Positions 21,070 to 30,962 of a stretch of DNA of 64,000 bases are shown here, one piece after another (position 1 is the first letter of the stretch; each line of letters opens with the position of its first letter). This stretch comes from an uncultured Chloroflexia bacterium. GTDB taxonomy: Bacteria; Chloroflexota; Limnocylindria; Limnocylindrales; CSP1-4. Location of the stretch: the NCBI GenBank assembly GCA_963716375.1, contig OY970306.1:1378676-1442675 (forward strand), in the 5' to 3' direction. A program made the position numbers and the translations under genes. The notes under the pieces are model-generated. The model ran no database searches. It was given only the letters and a program-made list of their open reading frames with translations, and was not told the DNA's origin.

Positions 21070-21870
21070 ATGGCCGACGCCGATGCGCTGGAGGCCGGCC
21101 TTCCTGGCCTCGTCCCCGTAGCGCCTGAACCACCGAGCGCGCCGCCCGCGCCGTCTCCGGCCGCCCCCAAGGACGAGCACGTCATGACGCTCGTCGACCA
21201 CCTCTCGGAGCTGCGCCGACGGATCTTCATCTGCGTCGGCGCCGTGCTCATCGGGACGGTCATCGGGTTCTACTTCTCGGCGGACCTGATCCACATCGTC
21301 AAGGGGCCTCTCGGGCCCGGCAAGGTCCTCAATTTCCTGAGCCCCGGCGAGGGCTTCTTCATCACCGTGAAGATGGCCTTCGTGGTCGGCCTCGTGCTGG
21401 CCATGCCGGTGCTGCTCTATGAGCTGTGGCAGTTCATCTCGCCCGGCCTGACGCGCGAGGAGCGCCGGATGGCGCGGCCGTGGGTCCCGGTGGCGCTCGT
21501 CTTCTTCCTGATCGGCGTGACGGTGGCATGGGTCATCCTGCCGTTCGCGGTGTCGTTCCTGCTCGGGTTCCAGACGGAGGACCTGACCTACCTCCCGACG
21601 GCGGATGCCTACTTCGGCTTCGTCGCGACCCTCTTCCTGGCGTTCGGGCTGACGATGGAGTTCCCGATCGTGCTGGTGCTGCTCTCCAAGGTCGGGATCA
21701 TCACCTCGCAGCGACTGCGGTCGTCGCGACGGATCGTGATCCTCGGCATCGCGATCTTCGCGGCCGTCGTCACCCCGGGCGGCGACCTCGTGAGCCCGAC
21801 CGTGCTCGGCGTCGTCATGTACATCCTCTACGAGGTCTCGATCGTCCTCGTCAAGGCCGGCGGGCACTGA
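21070..21870 (+). CDS. tatC: twin-arginine translocase subunit TatC
   Basis: TatC N-terminal motif LVDHLSELRRRI and multiple TM segments. An alternative start at ATG 21184 (MTLVDHLSEL) is possible. Confidence 0.85.
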   Translation: MADADALEAGLPGLVPVAPEPPSAPPAPSPAAPKDEHVMTLVDHLSELRRRIFICVGAVLIGTVIGFYFSADLIHIVKGPLGPGKVLNFLSPGEGFFITVKMAFVVGLVLAMPVLLYELWQFISPGLTREERRMARPWVPVALVFFLIGVTVAWVILPFAVSFLLGFQTEDLTYLPTADAYFGFVATLFLAFGLTMEFPIVLVLLSKVGIITSQRLRSSRRIVILGIAIFAAVVTPGGDLVSPTVLGVVMYILYEVSIVLVKAGGH

Positions 21871-21934
21871 CCGACCCGAACCGCGCGAGCGTGCGCCCGG
21901 AGGCCGGGCCACCGGCGCGCCCCCTGGGCGGGCG

Positions 21935-21940
21935 TAGACT
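21935..21940 (+). promoter_or_regulatory. -10 element TAGACT, 6 nt before the rapZ ATG
   Basis: gcgTAGACTaggtccATG. Confidence 0.5.
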
Positions 21941-21946
21941 AGGTCC

Positions 21947-22891
21947 ATGACCAACGCGCCCCAGACCGAGGCGCCGGCCGGCGGGGCGGACCCCGCTGAC
22001 CAGGCCGGCCTCGATTCAGGCACGGCCGAGCAGCACGTCGTGATCCTCAGCGGGCTGTCGGGCGCGGGCAAGACTGCCGCGACAAAGCTCTTCGAGGATC
22101 TCGGCTACACCTGCGTCGACAACCTCCCGGGCGAGATGCTGCCGGAGTTCGCGGCCCTCGTCTCGAGCGATCCGCAGCGCTTCGCCAAGGTCGCAGTCGT
22201 GCTGGACGTGCGGGCCGGCGATGCCGAGGTCGCGCTCGCGGCCATGCGCGGCGCTCTCGAGGGGCGTGGAATCCGGCCCCAGATCTTCTTCCTCGAAGCC
22301 CGCGACGAAGTCCTGATCCGGCGCTTTTCCGAGACGCGACACCGTCACCCTCTCGACGACCAAAGGGGAATCGCGACATCGATCACGGAGGAACGCCGTC
22401 GCCTCGAATCGGTCCGCAACCAGGCCGATGTCGTCCTCGATACGTCGGACCTTTCGCTCCGCGAGCTGCGCGAGCGGATCTTCACGAACCTCAGCGCGCA
22501 ACCGGAGCCAGATCGACTGGCCATCCAGCTGATCAGCTTCGGCTTCAAGTTCGGCGTGCCGCTCGAATCCGACCTCGTCTTCGACGTCCGCTTCATGCAG
22601 AACCCCTACTACATCCCGGAGCTCCGCCAGCACTCCGGGCGGACGGACGCGGTCCGCGAGTTCGTGCTGGCCCAGCCGCCGGCGCGGCAGTTCCTCGGTT
22701 TCGTCGAGCAGTTCCTCGAATTCGCCGTGCCGGCATACGTGGCGGAGGGCAAGACCCGCCTGACGATCGCCATCGGCTGCACCGGCGGCTACCACCGCTC
22801 CATCGTGATTGCCGAGGAGCTCGCGACGTGGCTCCGCAGCCAGGCCTTCGGGCCGGTCGCCGTGTTCCATCGGGAGCTGGACCGGGCGTGA
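21947..22891 (+). CDS. rapZ: RNase adapter / nucleotide-binding protein RapZ (YvcJ family)
   Basis: P-loop GLSGAGKT and C-terminal IGCTGGYHRSIV. ATG lies 6 nt after TAGACT. It is the first gene of the conserved rapZ-yvcK-whiA trio. Confidence 0.9.
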   Translation: MTNAPQTEAPAGGADPADQAGLDSGTAEQHVVILSGLSGAGKTAATKLFEDLGYTCVDNLPGEMLPEFAALVSSDPQRFAKVAVVLDVRAGDAEVALAAMRGALEGRGIRPQIFFLEARDEVLIRRFSETRHRHPLDDQRGIATSITEERRRLESVRNQADVVLDTSDLSLRELRERIFTNLSAQPEPDRLAIQLISFGFKFGVPLESDLVFDVRFMQNPYYIPELRQHSGRTDAVREFVLAQPPARQFLGFVEQFLEFAVPAYVAEGKTRLTIAIGCTGGYHRSIVIAEELATWLRSQAFGPVAVFHRELDRA

Positions 22892-24204
22892 ACCTGCGGC
22901 GCTGGCTGACCCCCGGGATCGGCATCAAACGCTGGATCGTCGTCGTCTTCGTCGGTCTCCTGGCACTCGCCGTGGCTGGCGCCGTCCAGTTGCGGCAGCT
23001 CTATCGCGACGGCGAACCCGATGCGCCGCTCGGCAGCGCGCTGTATGTCGCCACGCTCCAGTTCCTGCCGAGCGAGCCGCGGGCGATCCTTCTCGCGACG
23101 GCCGGCATCAGCATCTTCCTGTTCGGCTCGTATCGGCTCGTCCGAGCGCTCATGGCGCCGTTCCGCACCGGGGACGAGGACCAGCCGCTGGTCGAGGTGA
23201 TCTACCAGAAGCGATTCCTGGCCCGCGGTCCGAAGATCGTGGCCATCGGCGGCGGCACGGGCCTCTCGACACTGCTGCGCGGACTCAAGGAATCGACGAG
23301 CAACCTCACCGCCATCGTCACGGTCGCCGACGACGGTGGCTCGTCGGGCGTCCTCCGCGAAGAGCTCGGAATCCCGGCCGTCGGCGACATCCGCAATTGC
23401 ATCGTGGCGCTGGCCGACGCGGAACCCCTGATGGGCCGGCTGCTCCAGTACCGGTTCCCGGGCGATCCCTCGGCCAGCCTCGGCGGCCACGCCGTCGGCA
23501 ATCTCCTGATCGCCGCGATGACTGCGGTCGAAGGCGGGGATTTCGAGGAAGGGGTCCGCCAGGTGAGCCGGGTGCTTGCCGTCCGCGGCCAGGTCCTGCC
23601 GGTGTCGCCGACGCCGCTGACCCTCCACGCGAGGCGGCGGGACGGCACGCAGGTCGACGGCCAGTCGCTGATCGGGGCGACGACCGACATCGAACGGGTC
23701 TGGCTGACGCCGGACGATGTCCGTGCCTCCGAGGACGCGATCCATGCCATCGCCGAGGCGGACCTCATCGTCCTCGGCCCGGGCAGCCTCTACACGAGCA
23801 TCCTGCCGAGCCTCCTGCTGCCGGAGATCCAGGCCGCCCTGGCCGAGTCGTCCGCGTTGCGCGTCTTCGTCTGCAACGTCGCGACCCAGCGCGGGGAGAC
23901 CGCCGGGTACGACCTGGCCGATCACCTCGAGGCGATCGTCAGCCACACCTCGCCCGGGCTCATCGACGTCGTGCTCGCGAACAACGAGTTTCGGGCGCGG
24001 GTACCCGAGGGCTGGGCCGCCGAGTCCGTCCGGCTGCGCTGGCCGCCCGCAATGGTGCCCGTGCCACGCCTCGTCCTCGACGATGTCGTCGATCCGGAGA
24101 ATGCCCATCACCACGATCCGGCCAGGCTCGCCGCGGCGATCCTGCGGCTGGCGGAAGCCGAGGGCGGCCTGCGCCGCCACGCGACGGTCGCGCGGACGGC
24201 CTGA
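22888..24204 (+). CDS. YvcK/CofD-like (gluconeogenesis factor family) protein with an N-terminal membrane segment
   Basis: Motifs IVAIGGGTGLSTLLRGLK and VADDGGSSG. GTG 22888 overlaps the rapZ stop (GTGA). N-terminus reads NLRRWLTPGIGIKRW. Confidence 0.85.
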   Translation: MNLRRWLTPGIGIKRWIVVVFVGLLALAVAGAVQLRQLYRDGEPDAPLGSALYVATLQFLPSEPRAILLATAGISIFLFGSYRLVRALMAPFRTGDEDQPLVEVIYQKRFLARGPKIVAIGGGTGLSTLLRGLKESTSNLTAIVTVADDGGSSGVLREELGIPAVGDIRNCIVALADAEPLMGRLLQYRFPGDPSASLGGHAVGNLLIAAMTAVEGGDFEEGVRQVSRVLAVRGQVLPVSPTPLTLHARRRDGTQVDGQSLIGATTDIERVWLTPDDVRASEDAIHAIAEADLIVLGPGSLYTSILPSLLLPEIQAALAESSALRVFVCNVATQRGETAGYDLADHLEAIVSHTSPGLIDVVLANNEFRARVPEGWAAESVRLRWPPAMVPVPRLVLDDVVDPENAHHHDPARLAAAILRLAEAEGGLRRHATVARTA

Positions 24205-24208
24205 GTCG

Positions 24209-25063
24209 ATGGTTCGCCAGGCGGTGGGGCCGGCGACCGATCGGCCGAGTCACCAGCGGCGCTCCGATCGCGACCTCGTGGCGGCGCTCCGGAGCGAGCT
24301 GGCCGCCATCGATCCCGCCCGGCGCTGCGATCGCGACGCCGAAGCGGCCGGCCTGGGGCCCGGCGTCCAGCGGCAGTCGGGCCTCGCCCGGTTGTCCATC
24401 CGTCTCGGCCGCTCGCGCGCGCCACAGCCGTTCGACTGGTCGGTCGCGGCCGACCATTGCCGGTTCGCCTACCTGCGCGGCCTCTTCCTCGCCGCCGGCT
24501 CGCTGAGCCTCGCGGGATCGCGGACCCACCTCGAGTTCGTCGTCGACGCCGACCAGGCGCCGGTCCTGGTCGCGTGGCTCGCCGACGTGGAGCTGCCGGC
24601 GTCGTGGCGCCTCCGCCGCGGCCGCGGGGTCGTGACGTGGAAGAGCAGCGAGATCGTCGTCACGTTCCTGCGGCGGATCGGCGCCGGGGCGAGCCTGCTC
24701 GAGCTCGAGGCGCGCCAGGTGAGCCGCTCGATGCGCGGCGACCTCAATCGCGTCATCAACGCCGAATCGGCCAACCTGCAGCGCGCGGTCGCGGCGGCGT
24801 GGCGGCAGCTCAGCGCCATCGACCAGCTGGAGGCGGAAGGCCGGCTCGCCCACCAACCGGACGTCGTCCGGGTCGTGGCCGCAGCTCGCCGCGAGACGCC
24901 CGAATCGACGACCACCGAGCTCGCCGAGCGGCTCGAGCTCAACCGGTCCGCCGTCCAGCGGGCGCTCCAGCGGCTCGAACGGATCGCGCTCTACCCCGCC
25001 GACGACGAGCGTCCACGCCGCCGAACCCGCCGGCCGGAGGCCTCGACCGCGGGTCTGTCATGA
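24209..25063 (+). CDS. whiA: DNA-binding protein WhiA
   Basis: Positioned after rapZ-yvcK. LAGLIDADG-like core (FAYLRGLFLAAGSL) and a C-terminal HTH (TTELAERLELNRSAVQRALQRLE). Confidence 0.8.
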   Translation: MVRQAVGPATDRPSHQRRSDRDLVAALRSELAAIDPARRCDRDAEAAGLGPGVQRQSGLARLSIRLGRSRAPQPFDWSVAADHCRFAYLRGLFLAAGSLSLAGSRTHLEFVVDADQAPVLVAWLADVELPASWRLRRGRGVVTWKSSEIVVTFLRRIGAGASLLELEARQVSRSMRGDLNRVINAESANLQRAVAAAWRQLSAIDQLEAEGRLAHQPDVVRVVAAARRETPESTTTELAERLELNRSAVQRALQRLERIALYPADDERPRRRTRRPEASTAGLS

Positions 25064-25070
25064 TTCCCGG

Positions 25071-25865
25071 ATGCGCCCGATCATCATCGCCGCCAACTGG
25101 AAGATGCATACGACACCGGCAGACGCCGGCGCGCTCGCGGCGCTGATCGCGGCGCGGACTGACGATCCGGATGTCGTCCGCGTCATCTGCCCGCCCTTCG
25201 TCAGCCTGGCCGCCGTTCGCGATGCCGTGGCCGGTCGGTCGGTCGAGGTCGGTGTCGGCGCCCAGAACGTCCACCACGAGCCGGCCGGCGCCTACACCGG
25301 CGAGGTGGCTGCCTCGATGCTGGTCGGGCTGGCGACGTGGGTCATCGTCGGCCACTCGGAACGGCGGCGCGAGTTCGGCGAGACGGATGAACTGATCGGC
25401 GCGAAGCTCCATCGCGCGACCGAATCCGGTCTCCGGCCGATCCTTTGCGTCGGTGAGCAGCTCAGCGATCGAGAGGCCGGGCGGGCGACCGAGGTCGTCC
25501 GGGCGCAGCTTCGGGGCGCTCTGGCCGGCCACGATCCGGCGGGGCCGCTGGCCGATCGGCTGGTCGTGGCCTACGAGCCGGTCTGGGCGATCGGCACGGG
25601 TCGAACCGCCCGGGGCGCCGACGCCTCGGCGATGGCCGACGCGGTCCGGGCAACGCTCGTCGAACTCGGCTGGGGCGCCGCGGCGGCGAGCTGCCCGGTG
25701 CTCTACGGCGGCAGCGTCACCAGCGCGTCCATCGGCGAATTCCTCGCGGAGCCGGCCATCGATGGGGCGCTCGTCGGCGGCGCGTCGCTCAAGCCCGACG
25801 AGATGGCTGCGATCGTCGCCCGCGCCGGAGTGACCGCCCGCGCGCGGCGGGACGCCGGGGAGTGA
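25071..25865 (+). CDS. tpiA: triose-phosphate isomerase
   Basis: Motifs AANWKMH, VIVGHSERR, AYEPVWAIGTG and YGGSV. Confidence 0.95.
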   Translation: MRPIIIAANWKMHTTPADAGALAALIAARTDDPDVVRVICPPFVSLAAVRDAVAGRSVEVGVGAQNVHHEPAGAYTGEVAASMLVGLATWVIVGHSERRREFGETDELIGAKLHRATESGLRPILCVGEQLSDREAGRATEVVRAQLRGALAGHDPAGPLADRLVVAYEPVWAIGTGRTARGADASAMADAVRATLVELGWGAAAASCPVLYGGSVTSASIGEFLAEPAIDGALVGGASLKPDEMAAIVARAGVTARARRDAGE

Positions 25866-27457
25866 GCCGGCCACGCCCGATCGTGCTCGTGATCCTCGAC
25901 GGCTTCGGCCTCGGCCGTGACCCGGCCAATGACGCGATTGCCGCCGCCGAGATGCCGAACTGGCGGGCCCTGTTGGCGCGCTGGCCGCACGCGATCCTCG
26001 AAGCGTCCGAGGGAGCCGTCGGGTTGCCGCCCGGCCAGATGGGCAACTCCGAGGTCGGCCACCTCAATCTCGGGGCCGGCCGGCCGGTGCTGCCGGACCT
26101 CCAGCGGATCGACACCTCGCTCCACGACGGCAGCTTCGGGACGCAGCCAGCCCTTCTCGAGGCGATGGAGCGGGCAGCGCCCGCGGGCCGCCGCCTCCAC
26201 CTGATCAGCCTGATCGGCCCGGGCGGGGTGCACGCCAACGACCGTCACCTCGTGGCCCTGGCCGCCGTGGCTGCCCGCCATGGCGTGGCCGGCATCCGGG
26301 TCCATGCGCTGCTCGACGGCCGCGATACGCCGCCCCGCTCCGCCGTTGCGTTCATTCCGGACCTGGAGTCCCGCCTGCGGGAGGCGCACCCGGACGCCCG
26401 GATCGCGACGGTCGGCGGCCGCTACTACGGCATGGACCGCGACAAGCGCTGGGAGCGGACGGCCCTCGGGTACGACGCGATCGTGCATGGCGTGGGGGAG
26501 CACGCGCCGTCGGCCGCGGCGGCCGTGGCACTGGCCTACGCCCGGGGCGAGAACGACGAGTTCGTCCGGCCGACCGTGGTCGATGGGGTCGACGGCCGGA
26601 TTCGCGATGGCGACACCGTCCTGGTCTGCAACTTCCGTGCCGACCGGGCCCGTCAGCTCACGCATGCGCTGGCCGACCCCGTCTTTGACGGCTTCGATCG
26701 TGCCGCGGCCGGTCCCCAGCCGCGCGACCTCCTGGTCGTGACGCTGACGCAGTACGAATCCGGCCTGCCCGTGCGCGTCGCGTTTCCCCCGGAAGAGGCG
26801 CATTCCCTGGCCGAGGCGCTGAGCGGCGCCGGCTGGCGGCAGCTGCATGTGGCCGAGACCGAGAAGTACGCGCACGTGACGTACTTCTTCAATGGCGGCC
26901 GGGAGGCGGCCTGGCCGGGCGAGGAGCGGGCGCTCGTGCCGAGTCAGAAGGTCGCCACCTACGACCTGGCGCCCGAGATGAGCGCCACCGGCGTCACCGA
27001 CCGGCTCGTCGAGGCGATCGATTCGGACGCCTACGACTTCATCGTCGCGAACTATGCCAATGCCGACATGGTCGGCCACACCGGCGTCTGGGAGGCCACG
27101 ATCCGCGGCCTGGTCGCGCTCGATGCGTGCCTCGGCCGGGTGGCCGCGAGCGTGGCGGCCGTGGCCGGGCGCCATCCGTCCGAGGGCGGTGGCCTGCTGA
27201 TCGTCACTGCCGACCACGGCAATGCCGACGAGATGCGCAACGTCACCGGTGCGCCCGTGACGGCTCACTCGCTGAACCCGGTTCCGATCGTCCTCGCTGG
27301 CCGGGCCGTGGCGGGTCGAACGCTCCACGACGGCGTCCTGGCGGACGTCGCGCCGACGATCCTGGAGCTCGCCGGGCTGCCGGCCTGGCCCGACGTGACC
27401 GGCGCCAGCCTGCTCGACCGGCCTGGGGACGACCGGGCCGCCGACGGCCCGCGCTAG
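25862..27457 (+). CDS. gpmI: 2,3-bisphosphoglycerate-independent phosphoglycerate mutase
   Basis: Motifs ILDGFG, GNSEVGHLNLGAG and TADHGNAD. GTG 25862 overlaps the tpiA stop (GTGA). Confidence 0.9.
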   Translation: MSRPRPIVLVILDGFGLGRDPANDAIAAAEMPNWRALLARWPHAILEASEGAVGLPPGQMGNSEVGHLNLGAGRPVLPDLQRIDTSLHDGSFGTQPALLEAMERAAPAGRRLHLISLIGPGGVHANDRHLVALAAVAARHGVAGIRVHALLDGRDTPPRSAVAFIPDLESRLREAHPDARIATVGGRYYGMDRDKRWERTALGYDAIVHGVGEHAPSAAAAVALAYARGENDEFVRPTVVDGVDGRIRDGDTVLVCNFRADRARQLTHALADPVFDGFDRAAAGPQPRDLLVVTLTQYESGLPVRVAFPPEEAHSLAEALSGAGWRQLHVAETEKYAHVTYFFNGGREAAWPGEERALVPSQKVATYDLAPEMSATGVTDRLVEAIDSDAYDFIVANYANADMVGHTGVWEATIRGLVALDACLGRVAASVAAVAGRHPSEGGGLLIVTADHGNADEMRNVTGAPVTAHSLNPVPIVLAGRAVAGRTLHDGVLADVAPTILELAGLPAWPDVTGASLLDRPGDDRAADGPR

Positions 27458-27504
27458 GCTTCGCCGCCCGGATCGCTCCGGCGGGCGGCGAGTTCTGCGG
27501 CCTG

Positions 27505-27513
27505 TGCTACCAT
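27505..27513 (+). promoter_or_regulatory. extended -10 TGCTACCAT upstream of secG
   Basis: A GGAGG RBS and GTG 27545 follow. Confidence 0.45.
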
Positions 27514-27544
27514 GCCGCCGCTTGCATACCGGAGGCCCGCACCT

Positions 27545-27778
27545 GTGAATCCGTACCTGGCAGTCGGCCAGATTCTCGTGAGCATCGCGCTGATGATCTC
27601 GATCCTGCTCCAGAACCGGGGGACCGGCCTGTCGAGCACGTTCGGTGGAGACTCGGCCGTCTACCGCAGCCGCCGCGGCATCGAGCGCCGCCTCTGGCAG
27701 TTCACGATCGTGCTGCTCGTGCTCTTCATCCTCTTCTGCACGGCGGCCTTCGTCTTCGCGCCGACGACGACGGCCTGA
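27545..27778 (+). CDS. secG: preprotein translocase subunit SecG
   Basis: Two TM helices with LLQNRGTGLSSTFGG between them. Start set to GTG 27545 (GGAGG RBS at 27531-27535) because ATG 27512 lies inside the TGCTACCAT -10-like element. Confidence 0.8.
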   Translation: MNPYLAVGQILVSIALMISILLQNRGTGLSSTFGGDSAVYRSRRGIERRLWQFTIVLLVLFILFCTAAFVFAPTTTA

Positions 27779-27860
27779 GCGGGAATCCGCCGGTCCCGGA
27801 TCGGACCGGCCACCGGAAGCCGGTCGTGACCAGCCACTCCTCCCGCCGGACTCCCAGCCA

Positions 27861-29735
27861 ATGAAGCAGCGCGACGTCGGAGTGCTCGGCGGCCTGCTCG
27901 CGGTGCTCGGCGTCCTCGCGATCCTCATCACGGCCCAGCCTCCGCCATTCGCAGGCGGGAGCAACGGCGGCGGCAATGGCAGCGGCACGCCCCCACCCGG
28001 CGGCTCCTTCAACGTCCCTGCCGGCGGGTCGCCGCAACCATCCGGCGCGGTCTCCACGGCCGGGGGCCCGCCGTCGGGCGGACCGACCGGTTCGAGCGGC
28101 CAGCCCGCCACTGGGCCGACCCTGCACGAAGGGGTGCTCGGCCGCCCGAGCTCGATCAATCCGGTCACCGCGCGCACCCAGGCCGATCGGGATCTCGTGG
28201 CGCTCGTGTTCAGCGGCCTTGCCAAGCTCGGCCCGGCGGGCAGGGTCGTGCCGGATCTGGCCGCGAGCTGGACGGTCCAGAAGAACGGCGGCCGCTACAC
28301 CGTGAAGATCCGGCCCGACGCGCGCTGGCAGGACGGCGTGCCGGTCACCTCGGCCGACGTCGTCTTCACGATCAAGGTCCTCCAGGATCCGGATTACTCG
28401 GGGCCCCAGGCGGCGTCGTGGAACGAGATCACCGTCAAGGCCGTGAACGCCCGCACCGTCACGTTCGACCTGGCGACGCCGCTCGGCGGCTTCCCGAACG
28501 CACTGCGCCAGCCGCTGCTCCCCGAGCACCTGCTGAAGGACGTCGCCGTCTCCGACCTGGCCGACTCCGCGTTCAGCAGCGCGCCCGTCGGATCCGGCCC
28601 GTACCGGCTGATCCGTTGGGACGTGCTCGGGGCGACCCTGGAGCCGGTCGTGACGGGCCGGGCGGCCCAACCGTCCGCGTCGGCATCGGCCAGTGCTTCG
28701 GCTTCGCCCTCCGCGGCCGCCCCGGCGGCTGCCGCTTCAAGTGCCAGCCCGGCGGCCGGCTCGAGCGCCGCCGCAAGCGGGCCCCTGCGGATCGAGTTCT
28801 CGTTCTTCGTGACGGCCGACGAGCTGATCGCCGCCTACAGGAGCGGTGCCGTGGACGAAGCATCGGGTCTCTCGGCCGCGCAGGCTCGCGACCTCGCGAT
28901 GACCCCCGAAACGCGACTTCTTCGCTACCCGCTGACGACCCTGACGACGGTGCTGCTCAACCTGCGGCCGGGCCATCCGGCGTTCCGCGACCAGCGGACG
29001 CGACGAGCGCTCCTCGAGGCAATCGACCGGCCGAAGCTGATGGACGCGGTGATCAGCGGGCTCGGCATGCGGGCCGACTCGATGATCTCGCCGCGCTCGT
29101 GGGCGTTTTCGTCCGCCGCCAGCAAGCCTGTCGCGTTCAGCCTGAAGCTCGCCACCCGCGATCTCAAGGCAGCCGGCTGGCGCCAGGTCTCGGGCAAGTG
29201 GCACTACGGCACCTCGAAGACCGTCTACGAGGTCGAGCTCATCGTCCCGGACCGGACCTCGAATCCGGCCGCCTACGCGGCGGCCCGGTTCGTCGCGACA
29301 TCGTGGCGGACGCTCGGCTTCAAGGTCAGGCTCGTGCCGTTGACGCCGGCGACATTCGTGGATGACCGGCTGGCGGAGGCGAACTTCGCCGCGGCCCTGC
29401 TCGACGTGAACATCGGGCTCGACCCCGACCTCTTCCCGCTTCTGGCCTCGCGCCAGGCGGGCTCGGGCGGCTCGAACTACTCCGGCGTCCAGAGCCTCGT
29501 TCTCGATTCACGCCTGAGTTCGGCGCGCAAGCCGGCTTCGCTGACTGCCCGAAAGACCGCCTACGCGGAGCTCCAGAAGTTCCTCTCGCTGACGCAGGTC
29601 ATGCTGCCGCTCTACTTCCGCGACGATCCTGTCGTCGTCTCGAACCGCATCAACGGCGGCAAGGTCCAGCTCCTGGGCGACGCCAGTGACCGATTCTGGG
29701 ACGTGCTAACATGGCGACTCGCCGCGGGCGGTTGA
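27861..29735 (+). CDS. ABC transporter substrate-binding protein, family 5 (peptide/nickel type), membrane-anchored; no adjacent permease or ATPase genes
   Basis: N-terminal TM/signal anchor followed by SBP_bac_5-like sequence (NPVTARTQADRDLVALVFSGL, RPDARWQDGVPVTSADVVFT). Ser/Ala-rich insert (SASASASASASPSAAAPAAAASS). Confidence 0.8.
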   Translation: MKQRDVGVLGGLLAVLGVLAILITAQPPPFAGGSNGGGNGSGTPPPGGSFNVPAGGSPQPSGAVSTAGGPPSGGPTGSSGQPATGPTLHEGVLGRPSSINPVTARTQADRDLVALVFSGLAKLGPAGRVVPDLAASWTVQKNGGRYTVKIRPDARWQDGVPVTSADVVFTIKVLQDPDYSGPQAASWNEITVKAVNARTVTFDLATPLGGFPNALRQPLLPEHLLKDVAVSDLADSAFSSAPVGSGPYRLIRWDVLGATLEPVVTGRAAQPSASASASASASPSAAAPAAAASSASPAAGSSAAASGPLRIEFSFFVTADELIAAYRSGAVDEASGLSAAQARDLAMTPETRLLRYPLTTLTTVLLNLRPGHPAFRDQRTRRALLEAIDRPKLMDAVISGLGMRADSMISPRSWAFSSAASKPVAFSLKLATRDLKAAGWRQVSGKWHYGTSKTVYEVELIVPDRTSNPAAYAAARFVATSWRTLGFKVRLVPLTPATFVDDRLAEANFAAALLDVNIGLDPDLFPLLASRQAGSGGSNYSGVQSLVLDSRLSSARKPASLTARKTAYAELQKFLSLTQVMLPLYFRDDPVVVSNRINGGKVQLLGDASDRFWDVLTWRLAAGG

Positions 29736-29761
29736 CGCCCATCGGCTCCGATCGGGTCCTT

Positions 29762-29848
29762 GCCGAGGTGGCGGAATCGGTAGACGCGCTAGCTTCAGGA
29801 GCTAGTGTCCGCAAGGGCGTATGGGTTCAAATCCCTTCCTCGGTACCA
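29762..29848 (+). tRNA. tRNA-Leu (anticodon CAG), CCA encoded
   Basis: Manual cloverleaf: acceptor GCCGAGG/CCTCGGT, anticodon stem CTAGC/GCTAG with loop TTCAGGA, long variable arm, T-loop GGTTCAAATCC. Confidence 0.9.
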
Positions 29849-29885
29849 CCTTCCCTCGACCAGCGGACCCGGCGCCTTGTCTCCT

Positions 29886-29970
29886 GCCCAGGTGGCGGAA
29901 TTGGTATACGCGTACGTTTGAGGGGCGTATGACGCAAGTCATCCGGGTTCAAGTCCCGGCCTGGGCACCA
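29886..29970 (+). tRNA. tRNA-Leu (anticodon GAG), CCA encoded
   Basis: Acceptor GCCCAGG/CCTGGGC, anticodon loop TTGAGGG, long variable arm, T-loop GGTTCAAGTCC. Confidence 0.85.
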
Positions 29971-29989
29971 CTCTCCCTCGATTGATCGA

Positions 29990-30023
29990 CGACCCGCTGG
30001 CACTCACCGCCGGCGGGTCGTTT
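29990..30023 (+). terminator. rho-independent terminator candidate after the tRNA-Leu pair
   Basis: 12-bp stem CGACCCGCTGGC / GCCGGCGGGTCG with loop ACTCACC, followed by TTTCGATTC. Confidence 0.6.
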
Positions 30024-30108
30024 CGATTCGGGCGCCGGCGAAGTGGCCGAGTCTTCCGCCGCGAGGATCCGACGAGGCCGGCGGTCTCGTCGTTGCGTCG
30101 CGGTCGGG

Positions 30109-30114
30109 TAGCAT
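30109..30114 (+). promoter_or_regulatory. -10 element TAGCAT, 10 nt before tRNA-Val
   Basis: gggTAGCATcgcgcggtacGGGCGG. Confidence 0.4.
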
Positions 30115-30124
30115 CGCGCGGTAC

Positions 30125-30201
<77 letters not shown>

Positions 30202-30287
30202 GCGACCCGGGCCGCGAATTCGCGGCACGGGCCCGCGGCGTTCGCCCGGCACGGCCCAAACCAGCCCTGCCATCTCGACAATCCCCC

Positions 30288-30296
30288 TGCTAGACT
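30288..30296 (+). promoter_or_regulatory. extended -10 TGCTAGACT upstream of lemA-htpX
   Basis: The same 9-mer occurs upstream of rpsF. Confidence 0.45.
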
Positions 30297-30344
30297 CATC
30301 GGAACGGCCGCCATGCTGCCGTCCATCAAGGGGAGGGGGCCTTC

Positions 30345-30908
30345 GTGTCTCCGGTCGTCATCATCGTCATCGTGGCCGTAGTCGTGATCCTGATCGTCGG
30401 GGTCCTGATCTACAACGGCCTCGTCCAGCGCCGGCTGCGCATCGACGAAGCCTTTGCCCAGATCGACGTTCAGTTGAAGCGCCGCCACGATCTGATTCCG
30501 AATCTCGTGAACGCGGTCAAGGACTACATGGGATTCGAGCAGGAGGTCCTGACGCAGGTCACGCAGGCGCGCGCCAACGCGATCGCCGCGGGAGCCCAGG
30601 GACCGGCGGCCCAGGCCACCGCGGAGAACGCCCTGACCGGAGCCTTGCGCTCCGTCTTCGCCGTCGTCGAGAACTATCCCGATCTCAAGGCCAGCACCAA
30701 CGTCCTGGCGCTCCAGGAGCAGCTGACCACGACGGAAAACCAGATCAGCTTCGCGCGGCAGCACTACAACGCCACCGTGCTCGATTACAACCAGTCGATC
30801 CAGACGTTCCCGAGCGTCCTGATCGCCGGCCCGCTCGGATTCACGCGTCGCGAGTTCTTCGCCGCCGAGCCTGAAGCCAGCCAGGTGCCGGTCGTCTCAC
30901 TCCGCTAG
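30345..30908 (+). CDS. lemA: LemA family membrane protein
   Basis: One N-terminal TM (VVIIVIVAVVVILIVGVLIY) followed by LemA-type sequence (NGLVQRRLRIDEAFAQIDVQLKRRHDLIPNLV, ENYPDLKA). GGAGGG RBS before GTG 30345. Confidence 0.85.
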   Translation: MSPVVIIVIVAVVVILIVGVLIYNGLVQRRLRIDEAFAQIDVQLKRRHDLIPNLVNAVKDYMGFEQEVLTQVTQARANAIAAGAQGPAAQATAENALTGALRSVFAVVENYPDLKASTNVLALQEQLTTTENQISFARQHYNATVLDYNQSIQTFPSVLIAGPLGFTRREFFAAEPEASQVPVVSLR

Positions 30909-30962
30909 TCGAGGCGGCAGGCCAGGCTTCACGGCAGCGCCGGCCACCGCCCGAGGATCTCC

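Noticed and set aside
27512-27544. Alternative upstream starts: ATG 27512 for secG, TTG 13659 for secD and TTG 50716 for the LCP gene.
   Set aside because: Each would place the -10 promoter element inside the coding region. Downstream starts have an RBS or a better N-terminal match.
27790-27809. Hairpin CCGGTCC/GGACCGG after secG as a terminator.
   Set aside because: The stem is short with no U-tract, and the next gene starts 50 nt later on the same strand. Support is insufficient.
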